Assembly (NCBI RefSeq): GCF_009914755.1
Contig: NC_060938.1
Source: the human T2T-CHM13v2.0 reference genome, Homo sapiens
Direction: 5' to 3' (one strand)
Length of the DNA stretch: 64,000 nt
In this document: in pieces, positions 39,421 through 51,640 of the stretch
Numbering within the stretch: the first letter of the stretch is position 1
Layout of the letters: every line of letters starts with the position of its first letter
The notes under the pieces: model-generated
Seen by the model: only the letters and a program-made list of their open reading frames with translations
Databases searched by the model: none
What the model was told of the DNA's origin: nothing
Program-made: the position numbers and the translations under genes

Positions 39421-40333
39421 CAATAAGAAACATAGAATAATTGTAGAATGCAGCCATATACCATGATTAGCATTAGTTTGAAGGAGGGCAAGTGAGTTAA
39501 AACAGGTAAAACTGAATATATAATTAATACAAAAAGAAAAGACATCTACCCTGAAACAGTGCCACTTCAAATGTGTGACCCACTATGAAAACTCAGAGCC
39601 CCTCCCAGTGTCAGTTTTCCGTTCTCTAGCATAAGCAGAGAGAAGTTTCTAGAAGTTTTCACCTTCAGTTTTTAAGTCATTCTTACGATCATGAATGTCA
39701 TGTGGTAACCCACTTCATTTATTCCTTTATTTAGCCAAAGTTTATTGGACACCCCTCAGGCAGGACCATAGTCAACACTAGGACGGTGTCACCTTTAAAT
39801 TGAGGTACTGTGGGTCTCAGAATTAGGCCCTCCATTCTCAAGGGTCCTCCTGGGCTCTCCTTCAACCTCAACCCTCCCATCTAGCTGAGGACTTCCTGGG
39901 ACTGAAGGGACCTGCTCATCCAGAGCCCACTCCTCCTTCCCCATCACATTTCCCCTACCCAAGACCCCAGAATTCCTTGCTTAAAGCTGCAAGCCCACTT
40001 CTACTGCCTATGCCTATGCGGGCCTCTTCCTGTCTGTATTCTGCAGGGAAGATGGTGTCACCAGTGGGACAGGAGCAGCTGTCTCTACGCTCCACGAACT
40101 CTGTAGACTTGCAGTTGGTCCTTGCTGCAGGATGGGCTCAAAGGTGGGAGGGAACTGTGGAGAGGGCCTGGTTCTCCTTTCATTCTCTTACTCCTACATC
40201 ACAAACACTGGGATTTCTCTGACTGAGGAGGCCGTGTAATTAAACCATTAGAGCAACGGCTGCCCTTCTGAGCATCCATTCAGTTAGGAAAAGGATGGAG
40301 CTATTAAATAAATAGATTCAAAAAGAGAATACT

Positions 40334-40726
<393 letters not shown>

Positions 40727-40974
40727 TCATTCATTTTTTTCTTTACAGGCATACACACATACATATCTCTTATTTTACAGCTTTTCTTCCCAGGAACAAG
40801 AAAAGCGTGTTTATTATTGCAAACACCACAGATCTATAAAGAATAAAATCAAACTAAGACTTAATTCCATCATTCATATATATTCACTGTTGGTATGATG
40901 TTGATTATACCCTCTTCTAAATTTTACAGTTTACAAAGTCTTTTAACACATGTGACCACATTTGATACCACACC

Positions 40975-41339
40975 TGATGAGGTTTGGCTCTGTATCCCCA
41001 CCCAAATCTCAACTTGAATTGTAGCTCCCATAATTCCCATGTGTTGTGGGAGGGGCCCAGTGGAAGGTAATTGAATCATGAGGGCAGTTTCTCCCATACT
41101 GTTCTCCTGGTAATGAATAACTCTCACGAGATCTGATGGCTTTATTAAGGGTTTCTGCTTTCACTTGGCTCTCATTCTCTCGTCTGCTGCCATGTAAGAC
41201 ACGTGTTTTGCCTGACGCCATGATTGTGAGGCCTCCCCAACCATATGGTGGAACTGTGAGTCCATTAAACCTCTTTTTCTTTATACATTACCCAGTCTCA
41301 GGTATGTCTTCATCAGCAGCATGAAGACTGACTAATACA
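40975..41339 (+). mobile_element. THE1B-type solo LTR with ACACC TSD, inserted in a MIR
   Basis: tgatgaggtttggctctgtatccccacccaaatctc...gactaataca; ACACC at 40970-40974 and 41340-41344. Confidence 0.92.
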
Positions 41340-42569
41340 ACACCCCTGCTAGGTAGGGATTGTTAGACTCACTTTGCAGAACGGGGCAGGGTGGGCTCCC
41401 TGCAGATAGGGAGGGATCTTAAATTCACACTCTAGAGTCTAAGGACACAGTGGTGGGGAAAAGGGTTGTCTAGGCAGGGACCTTGTCTTCATTATGGTGC
41501 CCTGAGTTTGTGAGGCTGGATGGGAACCTCTGCCCCACCTCGGGCTCCCTCTTGGGGCAGCCTCTGCTCCTGTAGTTTCCCATGGGTGGCCTCATTGCCA
41601 TCCTTTGCTTTGCTGACCTTCCTATTTTAGAATGCTGGTTCTCATCCTTGTCTACAGGGGCTTCAAAAGCCTTAGGAAATTGCCATTAACGGCCTTGTCC
41701 AAGTGTCTTATTCTTTGCCTAGAAAAAGGGAGAGAATTGGATAAAATTTGGAACAAGGAGAATGTATAGTGTAAAACAAGATCAGCCTGCAGAGCTGGAG
41801 AAAGGAGAGCTGTGTGTTGGATGCTGTGTTGTGGCTGCAGTAGATACGAAACGTAACATTTCAGTTGTGTCCATGAAGTAAGAAGGGAGTTTCTAAGCGT
41901 GAACACAGTGAAGAATGTTTCCTTCAGGGCGTCAGTGTCCCAGCTCTGGCAGCTTTATTGTAAGTAAGCGTCAGTGTTAACCTGCTATATTATTAACGTG
42001 TTCCATTAGCCCTAATACCCAATCTAGCATTCATTTTGTAGATTACTTCCTTGAAAGAGAATAGCACCTTTCCACACGCCTCCAATATTTTACAGAATGA
42101 AATTAAGTCACTAAGTACTAGCTGCAAACCAGCATTTACAATTCTCAATGCTGTGAATAGCCACCTGCCTGGAAGGTGGCTCAAACGAGAAAGACAATTG
42201 AATAAAATGCTGATCAATGTGTACTTATATCTTTACTTATATAACATTTTAATAGATCAGAAATCAACTGTAGTGTTTCAAAAAGCACTCAAATTAAAGA
42301 CTTATTTTGCAAATGCTGTTACAGACAGGGAAGAACAACTTTCTTTCTACACCATCTTGTACCCTCCTGGGGTGGGTTCCCTACAGACAGGGAGGGATCT
42401 TTAATTCACACTCCAGAGTTCAAGAAGAAGGCAGGCAATCATTTTAAATATATGTTTTAAATATATATATGTGTGTGTGTGTGTCTGTGCGTGTGTTTCT
42501 ACATATTGAAACATATATGTATATGTATATATATTTTATATTTATATTTTTATAGAAGAAGGAAATTGT

Positions 42570-43164
42570 ATCTGTAACACAAAGCCGTGTAATTTGGGGG
42601 AAGGTAAAAGCTATCTGCTTCTCTTCTGTCCAGTGTGGCTTGAGAACCAAAAGCATCCACCTGCACACACAGCTGGATCAAATCACCAAGGACTGAAACT
42701 CTCTGTCCTCACTCAATCTACTCCCCACATTAATACAACTTTACTCTTCCACTGCGTTGGTTAGCATGACTTTACTAGGCCAAAGATTCTGGCCCCAGGC
42801 AAATGGCTTGATGACTTCACTGTTCATTACAAGGACTTCCCAAAACAACCTTAAACTCTTCTTCAATGTAAAAAATAATTGACACTTTGCACCTAAACAT
42901 TCTTTCAATCCCTTGTTCACTTTGCTAATCCTATTCAGTCTGGACTGTTGTATTATGATTCTTACCTAATCCCAGTCAAGCCGTCCATTGGAAGACCTGC
43001 TTTAAACTGAATTTCCAATCTGGAATAATTTCCAGCCTTCCCCCGCCCCACCTCACAGACACAGCCTCAGCTCTTTTGAGGTTAACCATTACTTTAGTAA
43101 GCAGTAAACAGCTTTTACTATCCACAGGTTGTGCTGGTGATATTTGGAGAGCCAGCATTCAACG
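42570..43164 (+). mobile_element. old ERV LTR (ERVL class; subfamily not determined)
   Basis: 3' end gtaagcagtaaacagcttt...acaggttgtgctggtgatatttggagagccagcattcaac and tgattcttacctaatccc..tcaagcc...gaagacctgc look like an old LTR U3/R/U5; 5' boundary uncertain. Confidence 0.5.
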
Positions 43165-44467
43165 GAATTCCAAATGGTAAGGTTGATACAAAAGTGGAAG
43201 GTGACAGTGGATGGGCAAAGACTTTGCAAGCCTTAAACACACAGAAGTGTCCTCATGGTACTTCTGAACATATGATGAAAAAGGGATACAGGGCTGGTTC
43301 TGCATTTATTGCTTCTTTATTGAAATGCTGATGCAAGACATATACTTCTAGATATAAGATTAATATTCATCTAAAAACCAAGTAAGTTAACACTAATGGT
43401 TCACATTTTTTCTTATTTTAATGAAATTCCTTTGTTGCAAAATAAAAATGAATACGTGCCCATTCCTAAAGACATTTCAGTATAGAAATTTGCTTCTTCC
43501 AGCCCTAGGTTCTTTAACTTTTGTGTATAATAAATTCTCAATTTTAGAATTTGGTTTTACAAATTTTATAAGTTATAGAGCTTTATGCTGTATTGTTTGG
43601 TATGAATCTTTAAAAAATAAAAATAAAAAGCCATGGATTAAAAAATAAAGAAATGATGTTCTTTAGTGGTAGTGATCATTTAAAAATAGTAAAATCATAG
43701 CTTTAAAACATGATCATTTATTTACTCATATATTCATTCAAATATTATGTTTTAAGCCTCTGCTGTATTTTAAATGCTTTTCTCAGAGCCTGGGAAGATG
43801 ATTGTAAGCTAGACATAGACCCTGCTCTCAAGTAGTGGATAAGAAACATGAACAAATGTGTATAAAGCAGCCACCAATAAGGCAACAGGTGTGAAGCTTC
43901 CAGAGAGTTGCAGTTTAAAAGCCAAGGTGGTCAAATTTGGAGGACATCATTCTTAAGCCCTTTAATGGGGAAGAAGATGAGGAGACAAAAGGGAAGCACT
44001 GGATTGAGGAAGGCTTCCTGAAGGTGGCCTTTCGTTTCATTTTTGAGGTCTGGGTGGGATTCAGCCATGAAGATGTGGATGTAGGAGGATGTCCCAGGGG
44101 GCTGAGACCCTGCAAGAGCGAAGGCCACACCACAAGGTATCTGCAGGGCATCTGGAGGACCAGGTAAGGCTGGAAAAATGGTGCATGGTGTCCCTTTAGA
44201 CAGCTATGACTCTCTAGTGGATAGAAACTCACCATCCCACTTGTTCACTTTAGCAATATATTTTTGTCACCTGCCAGGTCTCTTCTAAGTGTAAGGGTGG
44301 AAGTGGTAAAAGAGATAAAGATAGTCCTTACTCTCCCAGAGCTTACAGTCTACTTGCGGGGAATCACCATAAAACAAATAAGTGTGCAAATAATTGGTTA
44401 GGGTTTTAAAGGAAACGGACCCAGTGACAGGGAATAGCAGAGGTTCAGGGGGATATAGAATCCCGAG

Positions 44468-44665
44468 CAACACTGTCTAATGGAATGCTCTGTAAGGGTA
44501 GAAATGCTTTCTCTCTGCACCGGGTGATATAACAGTCACAGCCACATGTAGCTACTGAGCACCTGAAATGTGGTCTGTGAGAATAAGGATTTGTATTTTT
44601 GGTTTTATTTTATTTCAACTAATTTGAATTTCAGTAACTGCCCGTAGTTGGTGACTACTGTGTTT
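44468..44665. mobile_element. MER3 hAT-Charlie element inside an L2
   Basis: ctgtctaatggaa...agccacatgtagctactgagcacctgaaatgtgg...ttttattttatttcaactaattt. Confidence 0.8.
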
Positions 44666-45939
44666 TCCTCCAGTTACACTTGCAGAGGGTAAATTTCAAG
44701 CCCGTGGATAGCAGAGATTGTTTTCAGTACTGCAATACTTCTGTAGCCAGGTCTCCATTATGTACTAGACACAAATTTGAATGCCAAAAGCAAATGCCCT
44801 TGACAAGTGCAATGGGAAGGGCTAAAAGAAACTACTGTACTGTTTGGGGAATCCAGAGACTGCCGTTGAGCACCCAAGGCGTGTACAATAATGTCTGTGG
44901 AAGGAATGAGCAGAGGAAAGGAGGCATATAAGACACACCTTGTGGGATTCACAGAATTTCACTGGGTGGAGTTAGCAGGTTAGGCATTTCAGGTGGGTAT
45001 TCTGTGAGCAGAGATAAGAGGGTGCCTGAGGATGGTGAGCTATGAGAGTGGGTGACAGTACAAGAAGAGCTGTCCACAGGTTTATACACTGCAGCCACTT
45101 CTCATTTGTGGACTTTTACAACAGAGAGGGTAGCTTCCGCAGACGTCTGCCAACCTTTCCAGGATCCTCATGTTTGAACTCGGCCTTGAAAATCCAGATA
45201 ACAAAAATGGGTCTTGACACTCTTGAGTCTCATTAACAGGTTGCTGCCCCCCTCATTTCCTTGCCATCCACAGTGGAACTTGTCATAGCTCTGGAAGGAA
45301 AGCAGGGGCTCTGGTAAAGAATGACAATTACTAGAGACCTATTGAGAGTCAAGAGCTTTGTGCACTGTATCACTTCCACCCTACCGATGACAGCAAGAGG
45401 TAGGGGTTGATGTCAGAAGGTCTCAAACAGTTTATGAGGCTTGTCTGTAAGTCCCCAGCTGGTGAACTGGGGCCTAGCTTGCACACTTGACACTGTTCAA
45501 CCCAGACCTGTCCATGTGCCCCCAAGACACATTCATATTTATGTAGATACCTGTTATGTTCCAGGTATTTGCTGAGCCTTGAAACATGAGCTATCTCTGC
45601 AATTACTTAGCTTTCGTAATTTAGGTGTTAAAATGACCGCCATTTACAGATGAGGAAACTAAGACTTCAGGAGGGGCCTGGCCCAGAACTAAGTGACGGA
45701 GTTGAGCCTCCAATCTGGCTTTGTCTGACACCAGAGTCTGCAGTGTCTTTTACCTTTCAGTCAGCTTCCTACAGTAGTAGGGGATTTGGAAGTATACTTT
45801 CACTGAAGTCCCTGATTTTACAGAGGCACATCTTGCTTGGGGTTGAAGCACACATGTTCTAGACTTCGGGAAACCAGGGTGGGAGTCTCAGCTCTAGGGC
45901 AAACCCAGCACATGATGACCATTGCAATAAGAGTAGTAA

Positions 45940-46315
45940 TAACAATATAACACAATACTATTATAGCATCTATATCACAAATATGATTATACAGTCTATT
46001 ATAATAGATTATATTATATACATCATGTTTCCACATTTGTAATAATTTATAATTACAATTTATAATAATATAATGTAGGTATATTAGTATGCATAATATA
46101 GCATAATAAATGACATAAAATAATGTATTGATATAATACAAATTTAATATATATATAATTGACAGTTTATTATATTATATATAGTTATATAAAAATCTAA
46201 CATATTAATATGTTAGCATATATGTACACGTGTTATAATATGATATAGTGTTATATTGTATTAATATGTGCTATTTTCTATCTTACTATATAGTAACATA
46301 TATAATATAATAAGA
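45940..46315. repeat. AT-rich low-complexity tract
   Basis: Direct reading. Confidence 0.85.
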
Positions 46316-47054
46316 ATGATCTTCATCCACACTGGTAGATAACCTTCCTAAAGCCCAGGAAGTCTGTCTCCCTCACACAGCTCCGAAGAGTCAGGACCAG
46401 ACCCTTGTGTCTGAACCAGACCCTTGGCTCTCAGTTCTCAGCCCTTCTGGCCAGTGGTGGCCTGAGCCTGTCCCTCCCCAGCCATAGGGCCCTGTGTCAC
46501 TAAATGCAGATGCTCCATCCAGCTCCCAGTGCTGCCTGTGCCCAGCACATTGCTGACCCTCACTCACGTCTTCAGGGGATGTCACCCTGCAGCATAGTGG
46601 CTGCCAGAGGGGAGGCCCCTCAGGCTCAGGCTGCCTGTGAGGACAAGGGGCTTTTACCTGTCAAGAGGCCTCACTATTCCTCTTCCAGGGCTGGGAGGGC
46701 CTGGAAGTCACCGAGGAAACAGACATGATTTCAGAAAACAAAAATAGACTAAATCACAGTGAAGGACCTGAGGGTTGGGATCAAGTTTCTGCACAAAGGA
46801 TGATTAACCAAATACCACCACTGGAATGTGGGCTTGGCAAGAGGTGAAAGGCACATGAATGGAGCTGTCTGCATACTTGGGAAGTGCTTTTAACTCTCAT
46901 TTTCATTTAAGAAAATATTGACTAACTTGCCAACTCTGCTTGTTTCCCTTCCCCCTTCTTCCTGGTAGACAGTGAGATGTATGAAAAGAACAGGCGCTTT
47001 GGGGTCAGACCCTCACTTAGTGCCATGTGAACTTGCAAAAGTAACTTTAACTAC

Positions 47055-47172
47055 CTGAACTTAGGTTTCTGATTCACAAGGTCTAGGAGGAGCCATGAGA
47101 CATTTGCATATTTAATAAATTCCAAGGTGAGGCTGGTGCTGTTGATCAGGGCCACACTTTGATTGCTGCTGG
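47055..47172. mobile_element. MER5A fragment
   Basis: gtttctgattcacaaggtctaggaggagcc...atttgcatatttaataaattcc...ccacactttga. Confidence 0.7.
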
Positions 47173-47274
47173 AATTGGAGACAGAGATGGTTTTACTCAA
47201 AGTTTTGCAGCAGATTAGGATCAGGAAAGCCAGGAGAGGTAGATAAAAGTGTTTGCAATTCTTCATACTCTAGT

Positions 47275-47741
47275 TGTATTTGAATTATATATTCATGCCT
47301 TTGGCCACGTGACTTTTAAGACCACTCACAGATGTGATATTCCTCTGCCCCACTAATATCAGTGTTGGGCATATGACTTGCTTGGGCCAGTGGAATTAGT
47401 TAGAAGGACAGTGAGCCAGTTTTGAACCAAGGCCCCCTAAGGCATTGCCTGTTTTTGTTGACTCTTGGATTCCTGCCATTCACCAAGAGCAGAGCATGCC
47501 TCTAATGGCTCCAGTCCAAAGAGAAGGAAGAAACACACAGCATGGTATTGAACACAATCCTCAGTCTAGAGGCAAGTCCAGCTGCTCATGATCCTGCTTT
47601 AGAGCCACTCAGGAAAGACCCCAGCCTAGCTCAGTCAAATAGCAGATGACTCATAAACATGAACATGTTTGTTGTTGCAAGCCACTGATTTGGAGGGTAG
47701 TTTGTTATATAGCATTAACACAGCAATTGCTGACAAATACA
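47275..47741 (+). mobile_element. MLT1H-like LTR
   Basis: catgcctttggccacgtgacttt; catatgacttgcttgggccagtgg; tttgttgttgcaagccactga...tttgttatatagcatt...ctgacaaataca. Confidence 0.75.
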
Positions 47742-49159
47742 CACTAGTGTATTAGCATTATGCTAGGACCATCTTTCTGTCCAGAAAGACAAGATATCTT
47801 GTCATTTATTGCCTACCATGTGCCAGGATAGTGCTTGTCACCTTGTATCTTGGAATGCAATGTTTCAATCATTTTAATACATGTCTCTCTAAACTCAGCA
47901 CCCTTTAAAAAGTGGTTCCTGGTAATTACAGCTTTTATTTGTATGAGCTTCGCTCTTTACCTATAGCCCCCAATCCAAATCCTAACATGTCTTGGTTGGC
48001 CCCCTCCAGTCTCTCTGGTGGGTGTCTCTGATGTTTAATTACTCAGGTTTCAGAGGTCAACACAGGCTGCACTTGCAGTCCTGCTATCACTGTGTCATTG
48101 CCTCACCCAGCACATTCTTGGAGAAAAAAGAGAAAAAACCAAATATAAAATCTGAACTTTAGAACATGGGATGAAGGCAACTTGTTTTGTGGTTCTCATT
48201 TGCAGAGAAAGAAAAAGGGGCCTATTTTCTTCTTATGAATAGGCAGGATTGACATAAAAAAGTACTTCAAGAGCTGAACTCACTCACTGAACACAAATGC
48301 AGAGAAATTCTGTATACCTTTAAATGTTTTATATGTCCCAGTCATATATAATTTATTATGTTGTGAAGCTGAGTCCTTCTTTGAATGAAAATTTTACTGT
48401 CAGAGCCTGGGGTACTTTAGTTTGATGATTTAAAACTCCCAATGCACTTGTAGCAAATAGCATGATTTTATGACAGTGTGTTTGTCCAAGAGGTCAGCTT
48501 TCAGCACAGTAGGAAATGTCCCTAGTGAAACTATTTCAAAGAGAAATATGTCTCCCAGCCTAATTCTTCTTGCAGAAAATGCAGGTGCAATTCCAGATAG
48601 CACTGATGTCCATCTTTCAAGAAGGCACAGGGCAGCAGAGCTGCTCATTCATCTTGCGATTTTGGACTAGGGCTGCAGACACACAATTTGAATCCTGTCT
48701 TTGCCCTCAATTGGCTGTGCCTCATGGCTTTCAGCTATAACATGAGGTTAATAATACCAGTTTTGAGGTATTTTTTTGTAAGAATTAAATGAGACGGTCA
48801 TTTGTTGAAGTTCTTGATTCATAGTTACTGCTATTTCATATTATTCTGCAGACTCTACTTTGAATAGAAATTAGCCCAACAATGGGATGTGACAACATCC
48901 AAAATAAATAAAGTGACCAGAGTGCTTCTAGACAAAGATCTAAGAATATCTATTCAATGCTGTAAAGATTCAGCAGCCAGTGGGCACGGGCACTAAAGGG
49001 AACAAGTAAAGACATTTTAGTTATAAAGGTTTGATGAAGAGAACATGGTACATTAGGGAAGAATACTCTGGTGCCTCAACCTCCACCCCTTCCTATCCTG
49101 TGTACTTCTGGGAGCTCTGAACTAGGAAAGGCAACAGGCTTTTAGACGACTACGCATCT

Positions 49160-49400
49160 AATCATCCATCCATTAATCTATCCATCCATCCTTCCATCCA
49201 TCTATCCATCCATCCTTCCATCCATCTATCCATTCATGCACCCATCCACCTACCCATCCATTTATTCATCTATCCATCCACTCATCCACCGATTCATCCA
49301 ACTATCCATTCATCCACCCGTCTACCCATCCAGCCAGCCACTTGTCTATCCATCCATCTAGTCTTTGTTTACTTACCAATTCATTTCACCCATCCATCAG
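49160..49400. repeat. degenerate (TCCA)n repeat
   Basis: Direct reading. Confidence 0.9.
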
Positions 49401-49779
49401 TCAATCTACTCTATGAGCAGTGATGACATCTGAGTCCCTGACGTATACTAAGGTGGGTTGGTGGGTTCTACAAACACCAAGATGTAAGTCTGAGTTTAGG
49501 GCCTCAAGGTATTTAAAGCTTAGTTAAGGGTCAAATCAGGCAACGCCACATTTTCAAAACAATGGGTTCAACATTACAAGAGAAGGGGCATGAGGTGCTA
49601 AGTAAGCACTAAGCAAGGATACCCTTTCAATCTAGAAAAATCCAGGGTGCCTTTCAGGAACTTGACCTGAGGATCATTTGATCCTCAAGGGGGTGATCGA
49701 TCAAATGATCCTAGAAAAGGCATTCCAAACAAAAGAAGCAACTGGCATATGGCCTGAAGCATAGGGATTACTCTGAGAA

Positions 49780-50168
49780 TATAAACTTAGCTCAGGCTGC
49801 CATAACATAATACCACCAACTGGGTGGCTTGAACAACAGATATTTATTTTCTCATAGTTCTGAAGGCTAGTTCAAGAGCAGAGTGCTAACAGGGTTTGCT
49901 TCTGGCAAGGGCTGTTTCCTGGCTTGCAGAGAGCTGTGCTTTCTCAGTGTGTCTTTGCATGGCCTTTCCTCCGTATACATGAAGAGAGAGAGGGGTCTGG
50001 TGTCTCTTCCTTTTCTTATAAGAACACCAGTCCTATTGGACTAGAGTCCCACCCTTATGAACTCATTTAACCTTCATTATTTCCTTTATGGACCCATTTC
50101 CAAATATAGTCATATAGGAAGCTAGGGCTTTGACATGTGAATTTGGGAGACACAAGTTAATCTATAAC
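49780..50168 (-). mobile_element. MLT1A/B-type LTR
   Basis: ggctgccataaca...ctgggtggcttgaacaacaga...tctcttccttttcttataag..caccagtcctattgga...tgaatttgggagacaca. Confidence 0.85.
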
Positions 50169-50228
50169 AATGGCAAGTAGCTTCATAATTCTGGCAGAAG
50201 TGAGGAGAGGAAAGGCTGGAATGGTAAG

Positions 50229-50306
50229 CAGGGGTGCACTCAAGTTGGGCTCTGGGTCTCCCAGGATCAGGGGTGCACTCAAGGTGGACTCTGGGTTTCC
50301 CAGGAT
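50229..50306. repeat. 39-bp tandem duplication (3 mismatches)
   Basis: caggggtgcactcaagttgggctctgggtctcccaggat / caggggtgcactcaaggtggactctgggtttcccaggat. Confidence 0.95.
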
Positions 50307-51464
50307 CATGAATAAGCCTAACTCAACAGATCAGCATGAGAAGGTGCTTGCCTTCGGCAGAAAGAAATTGAAACCATGACACTTTAGCCATTTTGGGGTC
50401 TGCATTCCATTCAGACATCCCTCCTTCCCCTAAAACATAATTGCAGGCCTCAAAGCCAAAGCCACCTTTATCAAGGTTTCAAAATTTTGCTTCCCACTGC
50501 TTTCTCTTGGGCTGGAGTCTTCCAACCTCAGAAGCCTGCAGATGTGACTGGGGAGCATCTCTCTTGAAATCCAGGTGTACACTGATGGGTTTTGATTTAG
50601 GATTTCTTTCCCTTCGAGGTGATCCTAAGTGGAAGCTGTCTCCAGAGGAGGCTAAATTCATTTCTGAGATCTGTGGAGACAGATTAAAACCATGTGCCTG
50701 ATGCCTTGAAATTTGCAAAAGGAGGGGCTTCCAGTTAGAAGAGAAGCCACATTCTCCAGGCACTGTGATCAACATCTCCTGGCTCCCAAGGAAGCAGGGT
50801 GGACACACTTCTGCCATAGGTCGCAGCCTCCATCCCTGGCTCTTATTCTCTGCTGAACTTATTAAGTTGGTATCAAGTCAACGCGTCCCTTCCTGATAGT
50901 ACACAAATTCTCCAAGTGCTGCAGACTTCTGCACCTTTCCTCTTACCTGTCACTTCAGCTGCCTTTTAGTGATGTTAAAAGAAATCTTTACTGTCACTCC
51001 CATCACCCATTCACTTTGTTCCTTGGCTGTGACACTCTTGTTGTGTTTCTCCCACCGCCGCAACAGACTCTTGTGAATTAGCATTCGCCAAATTTATACA
51101 CGCTCATTAGTCTGAATAAATTTAAAAGCTGCTGCTCCTGAGTTTTAAAAATGTAACCAGGCTTTTCCTTGGATATAATTGAGGCATCTTTAGAAAAGTA
51201 AATTACAGTCTGACTCCCAAGTAGGCATTTTATGAGTTTAGAGTCAACGGGTCTCTTTGCAGCATTATTTGACCTATAAATATCTGGGGGTGGGGGGATA
51301 AAATAATAAAATCCCCCAATCAATTATTCCTTCTCCTGTTTACTTTGCCCCCTTCCTCACCCTCCTTTCTCACGCACGCATAGAATATCAGCTACATACG
51401 GCTACTAAGGAAACTCCAATCAAACCCACTCTAGCTATTTCAATGGAGAGCAGCAGATGAAAGC

Positions 51465-51640
51465 GTGGGGTTTCTCAAACCCAGGTCCATGGGCCAAACA
51501 CATCAGAACCACATAGGAGAGCATTGATAAATGCGATTCCCTGAACCCCTGGAATCAGAAACCTTACTGTTCGGCCCTGAGAATCTCTATCTATTAAAGA
51601 GCCACATCAGATTCTGACTTTCAATAAATCTGAAACTTTC
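51465..51640. mobile_element. MER5-family element
   Basis: gtttctcaaac...catcagaaccacataggagagc...gattccc...gaatcagaa...ggccctgagaatct. Confidence 0.65.
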
